Assembly (NCBI GenBank): GCA_046046035.1
Contig: JBJOKO010000001.1
Location: forward strand, 1-30,642
Direction of reading: 5' to 3'
DNA: 30,642 bases
Origin: Bacteroidota bacterium
GTDB taxonomy: Bacteria > Bacteroidota > Bacteroidia > Flavobacteriales_D > Sanyastnellaceae
The notes under the pieces were generated by a model that made no database searches, was not told the origin of the DNA, and saw only the letters and a program-made list of their open reading frames with translations. Positions within the stretch are counted from its first letter, which is position 1; each line of letters opens with the position of its first letter. Below are positions 24,295 through 30,642 of the stretch, piece by piece. The position numbers and the translations under genes are program-made.

Positions 24295-25881
24295 TTATAA
24301 ACCGCACCAAGTGCAGATGTAATAGATTAATGCGCCCATTGCTGCAGAGATTGGAATGGTAATAACCCATGCTACTAATAGCTTTCCAGTTACACCCCAT
24401 TTTACTGCAGAGATACGTTTTGTAACACCAACACCGATAATAGAACCAGTGATAGTGTGTGTAGTACTTACAGGAATACCTTTGATTTGTTCGCCTTGAA
24501 GTGTCCAAGGGAATTTCAAGCTTTCAGTAAAGAATAGCGTTACGGCTCCGGCTGTTTCAGCAGCCACACCTTCAAAAGGAGTCACTTTAGTGATTTTAGC
24601 TCCCATCGTTTTAACGATTTTCCAACCACCACTCATTGTACCGATAGCTATCGCAGCATAACATGAAAGTGGAACCCAGTTAGGCATTTCTTTCATAGAT
24701 GTGATATGACCACCTGCGATAAGTGCAACTGTGATGATACCCATTACTTTTTGAGCATCGTTACCACCATGACCAACGCTGAATGCAGCTGATGAGAATA
24801 GTTGTAGACGTTTGAACCAGTGGTTTGCTCGAGTATTGTTGAGTGAGCTCAAGAATAGAGTGAACACACCCATTACCACAACGATAAATCCAAGAAGAAT
24901 CCATTTGAAATTGGCACCGTGGAATACCACTTTCAACCAATATGTTTCGAAATCTGATTTAAGATTTGAAGTATCAAAGCGCTCTTTTTCTGAAGCTGCT
25001 TCGGTGATTCTGTGTGATTCAGTGATGACAGCAGGTTTGCCGAATTTCTCGATTTTTTTGCTTAGTTCAGCTGTAAGCGCAGTGTTTTCAGCCGTTTCGC
25101 CTGCTTTTTTCATAAAGTCAGTGCGAATGGTATAGATAGTACCTGTTTTGTCTTCAGCACCAGTAGAGTCTTTTCCAGCTTTGATAACTGGAGCGAATTC
25201 TTTACCATCTTCATTTTTGAAAGTCAAAGCTTTCTTCAATGCATCTTTATCTGGCTTTTGTTCGAAAACTACAGAGTAAGAACTTCCACCATTGAAGTCT
25301 TTCTTGAATTCTAGTCCGCTGTACACGGTGAAAATAACCAGCGCAATAATCGATAGGGAAAGGATTTTCATCCAGGGTCCTTTTCGGAATGAGTTGAGGA
25401 ACCAAATTGAGATTAGATATGCCATAAGCATACCTGCAAGCGGAGCCACAACGATGAAGATTGCTGTTGCTAATACTACTCCTGAGCGAACCGCCTCGAA
25501 ACCGAAGGCCGCCATAAAAGCTCCTGCGAAACCACCGATTAGAGTATGAGAAGAAGAAGAAGGAATACCATACCACCAAGTAATAAGGTTCCAGGCAATA
25601 GCTGAGAGCAAGCCCGCGAAAATCATAGGAAGTGGATTCGCAGAGGGTTGTGTGAATTCATCTTGAACCACTTTGGCAATAGTGTTTGCAACGCTGTGGT
25701 CTTTGAAGATGAAGAATGCTACGAAGTTGAAGAACGCTGCCCAAACAACTGCTTGAAAAGGCGTTAATACTTTTGTAGAAACGACGGTAGCGATTGAGTT
25801 TGCCGCATCGTGAAATCCGTTGATAAAGTCAAAGACTAAAGCCAACACGATTATCACAATGAGGAATGCTGAATATTCCAT
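24295..25881 (-). CDS. Inorganic phosphate transporter, PiT family, with an unusual internal extramembrane insertion
   Basis: PiT signatures 'FDFINGFHDAANSIAT' and 'GHGGNDAQK', plus 'IPSSSSH' and 'PVSTTH...G...GVG'; 528 aa because of the central insert. Confidence 0.93.
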   Translation of the reverse strand: MEYSAFLIVIIVLALVFDFINGFHDAANSIATVVSTKVLTPFQAVVWAAFFNFVAFFIFKDHSVANTIAKVVQDEFTQPSANPLPMIFAGLLSAIAWNLITWWYGIPSSSSHTLIGGFAGAFMAAFGFEAVRSGVVLATAIFIVVAPLAGMLMAYLISIWFLNSFRKGPWMKILSLSIIALVIFTVYSGLEFKKDFNGGSSYSVVFEQKPDKDALKKALTFKNEDGKEFAPVIKAGKDSTGAEDKTGTIYTIRTDFMKKAGETAENTALTAELSKKIEKFGKPAVITESHRITEAASEKERFDTSNLKSDFETYWLKVVFHGANFKWILLGFIVVVMGVFTLFLSSLNNTRANHWFKRLQLFSSAAFSVGHGGNDAQKVMGIITVALIAGGHITSMKEMPNWVPLSCYAAIAIGTMSGGWKIVKTMGAKITKVTPFEGVAAETAGAVTLFFTESLKFPWTLQGEQIKGIPVSTTHTITGSIIGVGVTKRISAVKWGVTGKLLVAWVITIPISAAMGALIYYICTWCGL

Positions 25882-25892
25882 TTAAATGGGTA

Positions 25893-26540
25893 TTAAGAGT
25901 TTTTAACCAGGATCGATTCAAGCACGTTTGCTACGTCTTCGCACTTATCAGTTGCGGTTTCTAAGTTAGCAAGTACTTCTTTAATTTTGATAAGCTCAAG
26001 AGCTGGAACTTCTTCAGCGAAGAGACGTCCGATAGCTTCATCAAACAAATCGTCAGCGTGGTTTTCTAGTGAGTTAACACGAATGATTGCTTCACGCACG
26101 CGTTGTGCATTACGCATGTTTTTCATGTCTTTAACTGCAGCATCAATTTCAATGACTTGCTTCACGATTACTTCGCTAAGCATTTCCATTGTTTTTGAAA
26201 ACTCCTTTACATTGTAAAGTTCGATACGAGAAGCTGAACCGTGGATGTAATCTGCAATATCATCCAATGAAGTAGCAAGCGCGTGGATGTCTTCGCGGTC
26301 GAAAGGAGTTATGAAATTAGAAGAAAGTTCTAGGAAAATCTTGTGAGTGATTTCATCCCCAACTGTTTCAAGTTCTTTAACCTTGCGGATAATCGCTTGT
26401 TGTTGATCTTTATCGTGTGTGGAAAAGAGCGTGTTAAATACACGTGCTTGTTCTACAAGGTTGGCTGTATCCTCTGCGAACAAGTCGAAGAATAAAGCGT
26501 TCTTAGGAACTAAGAAGGAGAAAATGTTTGAAATCTTCAT
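25893..26540 (-). CDS. DUF47 family phosphate transport regulator (PhoU-like)
   Basis: 'IKELE..GDEITH.I...L...FITPFDREDIH.LA..LDDIAD' and 'LENHADDLF...I..LF...ELIKIKEV...LE.ATDKCEDVANVLESI'; start set to ATG 26540; directly upstream of PiT. Confidence 0.92.
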   Translation of the reverse strand: MKISNIFSFLVPKNALFFDLFAEDTANLVEQARVFNTLFSTHDKDQQQAIIRKVKELETVGDEITHKIFLELSSNFITPFDREDIHALATSLDDIADYIHGSASRIELYNVKEFSKTMEMLSEVIVKQVIEIDAAVKDMKNMRNAQRVREAIIRVNSLENHADDLFDEAIGRLFAEEVPALELIKIKEVLANLETATDKCEDVANVLESILVKNS

Positions 26541-26589
26541 TATAGAATTTGTTTCTTTCTTTAAAATGCGTTGCGAAGGTCTTGTATTC

Positions 26590-26607
26590 ATGTTAAGAGA
26601 ATATTAA
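26590..26607 (-). promoter_or_regulatory. Pho-box-like direct repeat upstream of DUF47/PiT
   Basis: Minus strand TTAATAT-TCTC-TTAACAT: 7-bp repeats with 11-bp period. Confidence 0.45.
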
Positions 26608-26622
26608 GGAATGAATTTGTTT

Positions 26623-27864
26623 TTAGAAATTCATTTGGGCCTGAAGTCTTAATAATTGGCCTTTTTGGTGATTATCTTGTTTAACGAAGTCTTCATACTT
26701 GCGGTCAGAGATGACGTAACTTGCTGTGAACTCGAATCCTTTGTTCAATTGCCATTCTATGCCAGCCTCGTATTCAGTGACTTCATAGGCTCTTGCGTCC
26801 TTTTCTTGTTTTTTACCACCGTTGTAGTATTGGCCACGAGCGAATGGAAAAAATATTTGATTGTTTAATTTCAACATATAATTGATCATCACATAACCTC
26901 CGCGAAGTGGCGCGGTTTCTATGCTGTCTGTTACAGTGTTGAATTTTGGTCCTTTTCCGATATTGTATTCGGCCATGACACCAAAAGGCTTTGGGTAAAG
27001 CACAAGTGAAAGAGCTGCACGTTCGTCCAAGTAGTTTCTGCTTGCGTTCACCTTAGTGCCGCTGCTTATTTGATCAGATGTAATTACTACTTTTCCTGTG
27101 TAAGCTTGTGCTGACACTTCAAGTACTTGGTTTTTGAGCATGAAAGGGTAAGTGATACGACCCACCATGTGCAAGTTGTTGTTTTGTTCAGCTCTATTGG
27201 CAGCTTGTCCGTTGTAGATACCGAATGCAATCATTCCATAATCACCAGAACCCTTTAATCCAGTTTTCAAAGCTTCAGCAAAGAAGTCTCTCACTTTTTT
27301 GGGAGTATAGTAAACCATAGCTCCTAGGTCACGCTCATTTGGACTTGCACTATTGAGAGCGTCATTACGATCTAGAGGTAAGCGGTTGGAGCTAGATTGC
27401 ATGTTTTCAAAGCCATAAGGAACTTTGCTTTGACCGAATCTAAGTCGGAAGTTTTGTTTTTTGTCGATATAATAATCCGCGTAGAAGTCACGTATTTGTA
27501 GGAAGTGCTGGCTATTGGTAGAAACCGCAGCGGCGAAATCGGGTTGTACATATATGTAAACACGGTCTGTAACCATACCTGAAATGATTACACGTCCTCG
27601 GCGAATAAAAACACCATTGTTATCGCCCCAAGATTTATCACATTGTTCGCAACCAAGATCTGGATTGGTTTCGAAAAGACGATTGTATCGTATTTGAGAG
27701 TATCCCCTGATCGATAGTTTATCGTACCATTTCTTTTCTTGGGCTACGGGTTTTTCTGTTTTTAGAGAGTCGGACTGAGCAGACATTGCAAAAGATGTGA
27801 GTCCGAAACAAATCAAGATAATAACCTTGAAAATTGGAGAGAGAGACGACGGCTGTGGTAACAT
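26623..27864 (-). CDS. Outer-membrane porin, phosphate-selective OprO/OprP-like
   Basis: Signal peptide; 'KLSIRGYSQIRY', 'RRGRVIISG', 'RLRFGQSKVPYGFEN.QSS...DR', 'RDLG'; C-terminal 'LLRLQAQMNF' with terminal Phe; lies upstream of DUF47-PiT. Confidence 0.82.
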   Translation of the reverse strand: MLPQPSSLSPIFKVIILICFGLTSFAMSAQSDSLKTEKPVAQEKKWYDKLSIRGYSQIRYNRLFETNPDLGCEQCDKSWGDNNGVFIRRGRVIISGMVTDRVYIYVQPDFAAAVSTNSQHFLQIRDFYADYYIDKKQNFRLRFGQSKVPYGFENMQSSSNRLPLDRNDALNSASPNERDLGAMVYYTPKKVRDFFAEALKTGLKGSGDYGMIAFGIYNGQAANRAEQNNNLHMVGRITYPFMLKNQVLEVSAQAYTGKVVITSDQISSGTKVNASRNYLDERAALSLVLYPKPFGVMAEYNIGKGPKFNTVTDSIETAPLRGGYVMINYMLKLNNQIFFPFARGQYYNGGKKQEKDARAYEVTEYEAGIEWQLNKGFEFTASYVISDRKYEDFVKQDNHQKGQLLRLQAQMNF

Positions 27865-27890
27865 TGGTCTAACATTTCTGATTTAGGCCG

Positions 27891-27898
27891 CAAAACTA
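27891..27898 (-). promoter_or_regulatory. -7 promoter element (TAGTTTTG) for the porin operon
   Basis: Exact TAnnTTTG followed by C, 26 bp upstream of the porin ATG. Confidence 0.6.
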
Positions 27899-27939
27899 TT
27901 TTAACAAATAAGGCGATGTGTTTGGATAAAGTGAATAGT

Positions 27940-27957
27940 GTGTTAAGTTAATGTTAC
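27940..27957 (-). promoter_or_regulatory. Pho-box-like direct repeat upstream of the porin promoter
   Basis: Minus strand GTAACAT-TAAC-TTAACAC: 7-bp repeats with 11-bp period, about 40 bp upstream of the -7 element. Confidence 0.5.
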
Positions 27958-27980
27958 GCGAGCGGCAGAGGAGGGGAATA

Positions 27981-28009
27981 AAAAAACCACTTCGAATGGA
28001 AGTGGTTTT
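27981..28009 (-). terminator. Intrinsic terminator downstream of the tRNA
   Basis: AAAACCACTTC-N5-GAAGTGGTTTT perfect stem; the minus strand ends in TTTTTTATT. Confidence 0.85.
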
Positions 28010-28013
28010 ATGG

Positions 28014-28090
28014 TGGTGCGCCCACCTGGGCTCGAACCAGGGACCCACAGATTATGAGTCTGTTGCTCTAACCGACTGAGCTATAGGCGC
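28014..28090 (-). tRNA. tRNA with CAU anticodon, most likely tRNA-Ile2 (lysidine-modified)
   Basis: 77-nt cloverleaf GCGCCTA...ACAGA-CTCATAA-TCTGT...TTCGAGC...TGGGCGC-A-CCA. G1:C72 paired (not initiator); C4:G69 and C5:G68 are the TilS determinants known from E. coli; CCA is encoded. Confidence 0.93.
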
Positions 28091-28109
28091 GGTCCTTTTG
28101 TAAGGGCGG

Positions 28110-28117
28110 CAAATGTA
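28110..28117 (-). promoter_or_regulatory. -7 promoter element (TACATTTG) for the tRNA
   Basis: Exact TAnnTTTG followed by C, 19 bp upstream of the mature tRNA 5' end. Confidence 0.7.
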
Positions 28118-28143
28118 AGAAGTCGTGGGCTTTATTCAAAAAG

Positions 28144-30327
28144 TTATCTAGCAATTACAAATGATTTAGTGAAAGTGTGATTTTCATTCCTCACCCTTAT
28201 CGTATAAAGCCCGTTGGTTAATTTATCGAGCGAAATGCTAGAGCCCATCAAACTAGCTTGGTCAACGAGAAGCGAGTTTGCCGAATATATCTCGTACTTC
28301 CACCCATTACCCAATTGATTTAATTTACTATCAATATACAGAATATCTGTTGCTGGGTTAGGATATACATTAAAAGAAGGGGTGAATGAAGAATTCGCGC
28401 TTGAGGTGTTAGAGATTTGATCTCCAGGATTTTCAAGGTTTTCAGCTTCGTAATAAACGAGAATGGCGGATTGACTTGATGCAGCAGACTGACCCCATGA
28501 AGGCACATTGATTACAGGAATATTATTTCCTTGGGCATTTCCAGCTTCATCAGCCGTGTGAAAACCAACACAGACAACACCGTTCTTGGTTTTATGCACT
28601 CCGTACATATCGGTGTTTCCTCCACCTGCTTGTGTGAGTGTGTCCCATTCTCCAACAATTAAAGAGCTATATAAAGGAACATGGAATTCATCATCATAAA
28701 CTCTAACGAAATTGTTCCAGCAACCTGAACCGCCAAAGTAGGGGTTGACATTTTTTTGATATGCGTTGGCTGTTGTTAGAGTTCGTCTGCCGACAGCGAG
28801 TACACATACATCTCCACTTGAGGTGGTTTTGAGACTGTTTTTCGCAACGCGGGTGGTATTAAGATCAGGCCATCCCGTGTTGGGGTTTGGCCAACCGTCG
28901 AGGTTTGGGTCTGGGTGCGGGGTTCCTAAAGAGCCTGTTCCTTCAAATAGTTCCGCGAGATACGTTGCGTTTGAAAGGACACCGTCGGCAAGTCCAAGTT
29001 TACCGAGCCATGACTCATGAATATTTCCATTTGTGCCTGTGAATTGGTTTTGAAATCCATAAGCATTCGGATTTCCATTAATTGTATTTCCTTCCCAGAA
29101 GTTTTCCGTGTTATTGCCATGCGTGCGTCCGGCTACAACGAGTTTATTATTTGAATAATCAATCGAAAGCGCATCTACATATTGGTCGGGAATAGAGCGA
29201 ACGGTGTCGCCTTGAGGAGTTATTTCATGATAAAGTCTACTCCACCATTTGATTGCTCCAGTGTTATCCATTGCGATAACGGCTGGTTCGAAATCTGGGG
29301 TTCCGCCATTTTCATCTTCAGAATAGGATTTGAAATTCATTCCAAGATAAACGTGATCGTCGCGCTTATCCACCACAATGCAAGATGCACCCCAAACAGG
29401 ACAACATGCTTCAGCAGAATAGCCAGAATACCCAGGCCCATTGGCGGTAGGGTTGGCAGGATCACAAGGTCCGGAAAACAAGAAGTCAGCAGGCCAAGTT
29501 CCTTTTTTTATTCCACCGTTACCATCTGGAAAATCAGCGTCATATTCGGCTTGGCTCCATGAGCGAAGTTCGCAGCGTCCCCAAATTTTTAATGCGATTC
29601 CACTATAATTAATTGCTTCAATTCCATTAGGATGTGAAGACGCGGGAACGCCCTTCCATTCGCCGCCAGCAACGAGCCAATGGGTTCTCCAGTTTTCTAC
29701 TACTGTTCGCTGGCCGACATTGTTTAGTTTATACATGGCGCTCCAATCGTACCCGTGCGCTTCTCCGCTCACATAGTAAACCTCCCCTGTGGAGGTCACG
29801 TCCCAGGGGTGATAATCTTTTGGACCTGATTTGGCCCAAACAATATTTACCCATTCGAGTCCGGATGGAGTGCCGTTGATATAGTTATTATTCAGTTTAG
29901 CGATGATGTACCCGCCATTATTATTGTCAGTATCGGCGGTATTGCAGCTTATATACAAATCACCAACGGGTTGATAAGGCTGGGTATTTGTTTTTATAAA
30001 TCGAATGTCTTCGACAGCTCCTTGCGGAAAGTGAACCACATCAATGATTGTTGTCAGATCTTCTGAAATGTGGAGTAGAATTCCATACCTATTTGTTCCC
30101 AAAGAATTTGGTATACTAGAAGAATACGATAATTCAGTGCGTGGAATCGAGGAGTCAATCCAATCTAAGTTTTCGGCATAACCTGAGACTAAAAAGGTGC
30201 CGTCGTCAATTTGAGTAACGTCGTAAAAAGCTTCTTTACCGCTATTGCCAGCGTATGTAACCAAATTGGTTTGTGATTGAGCAATTAATACACTCAATGC
30301 AAAAGAAATAGAAAGGAGGAGTTTCAT
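28144..30327 (-). CDS. T9SS type A sorting domain-containing protein with an unassigned, possibly beta-propeller, body
   Basis: Signal peptide 'MKLLLSISFALSVLIAQSQ' (alternative starts 30333/30357); CTD 'FNVYPNPATDILYI...YEIYSANSLLV...ISLDKLTNGLYTIRV...KSFVIAR'. Confidence 0.87.
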   Translation of the reverse strand: MKLLLSISFALSVLIAQSQTNLVTYAGNSGKEAFYDVTQIDDGTFLVSGYAENLDWIDSSIPRTELSYSSSIPNSLGTNRYGILLHISEDLTTIIDVVHFPQGAVEDIRFIKTNTQPYQPVGDLYISCNTADTDNNNGGYIIAKLNNNYINGTPSGLEWVNIVWAKSGPKDYHPWDVTSTGEVYYVSGEAHGYDWSAMYKLNNVGQRTVVENWRTHWLVAGGEWKGVPASSHPNGIEAINYSGIALKIWGRCELRSWSQAEYDADFPDGNGGIKKGTWPADFLFSGPCDPANPTANGPGYSGYSAEACCPVWGASCIVVDKRDDHVYLGMNFKSYSEDENGGTPDFEPAVIAMDNTGAIKWWSRLYHEITPQGDTVRSIPDQYVDALSIDYSNNKLVVAGRTHGNNTENFWEGNTINGNPNAYGFQNQFTGTNGNIHESWLGKLGLADGVLSNATYLAELFEGTGSLGTPHPDPNLDGWPNPNTGWPDLNTTRVAKNSLKTTSSGDVCVLAVGRRTLTTANAYQKNVNPYFGGSGCWNNFVRVYDDEFHVPLYSSLIVGEWDTLTQAGGGNTDMYGVHKTKNGVVCVGFHTADEAGNAQGNNIPVINVPSWGQSAASSQSAILVYYEAENLENPGDQISNTSSANSSFTPSFNVYPNPATDILYIDSKLNQLGNGWKYEIYSANSLLVDQASLMGSSISLDKLTNGLYTIRVRNENHTFTKSFVIAR

Positions 30328-30378
30328 GATCATGAAAATGATAGTCGAATATATCATAATTATCCTTCAATATACCAC

Positions 30379-30386
30379 TAACTTTG
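30379..30386 (+). promoter_or_regulatory. -7 promoter element (TAACTTTG)
   Basis: Exact TAnnTTTG 18 bp upstream of ATG 30405. Confidence 0.6.
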
Positions 30387-30404
30387 TAGGATAAATACTC
30401 AATT

Positions 30405-30642
30405 ATGCGCTTATTGTTTCTATCTATTGCTTTTGCATTCTCAATGATTTCTTATGCTCAACCAGATAAAATAGCAGAAGCATTGTATAGCACTCCGGCA
30501 ATTGTTGTTGCTGAAGAGCAAGTTACTGTTGGAGATAATTTGTGTTCTGGATTTGTTTCACAGGTCGTATCAGAAGATGCACAACTAGATAAATATTGGA
30601 AAAAATACATGAAAAATTCATGTGGTTTTTCTGGAAAAAGAG
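30405..30642 (+). CDS. Secreted hypothetical protein, 3'-truncated by the window edge (not in the ORF track)
   Basis: Own translation: MRLLFLSIAFAFSMISYAQPDKIAEALYSTPAIVVAEEQVTVGDNLCSGF...; signal peptide, open to the window end, preceded by a -7 element. Confidence 0.7.
   Translation, partial: MRLLFLSIAFAFSMISYAQPDKIAEALYSTPAIVVAEEQVTVGDNLCSGFVSQVVSEDAQLDKYWKKYMKNSCGFSGKR

Noticed and set aside
28014-28090. tRNA as a prophage or island integration site; tRNA-Met call
   Set aside because: No integrase and no duplicated tRNA 3' end seen nearby. The Met call was set aside because the acceptor stem has the C4:G69/C5:G68 Ile2 (TilS) determinants and a paired 1:72.

Overview
Bacteroidota chromosomal window, most like a Flavobacteriales/Cryomorphaceae-type organism, judged from T9SS C-terminal sorting domains, TAnnTTTG -7 promoter elements, and DUF2480/DUF6427-type genes. 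Housekeeping genes are purQ, dxs, polA and a tRNA with CAU anticodon carrying Ile2 determinants. There are three T9SS cargo genes, one a 2318-aa Cys-rich type-B protein with a triplicated ~248-aa module. Also present: a TonB_C protein, a TraB/GumN - ECF sigma - membrane protein operon, and a phosphate-uptake operon (porin - DUF47 - PiT). The most unusual observations are: (1) a REP-like palindromic repeat (core CCCTGAGCnnGTCGAA) forms a nested ~220-bp intergenic element at 1241-1460 and is also translated in frame, at the same position, inside two of three paralogous 'SCTIEKRRY' lipoprotein/membrane genes between dxs and polA; those two genes share an exact 27-bp inverted copy; (2) the PiT transporter carries a ~105-aa insert that resembles the SecF N-terminal periplasmic (Sec_GG/P4) domain; (3) Pho-box-like 7-bp direct repeats with 11-bp period lie in the phosphate operon control regions. 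All family assignments are from motif recognition by eye; no database searches were run.
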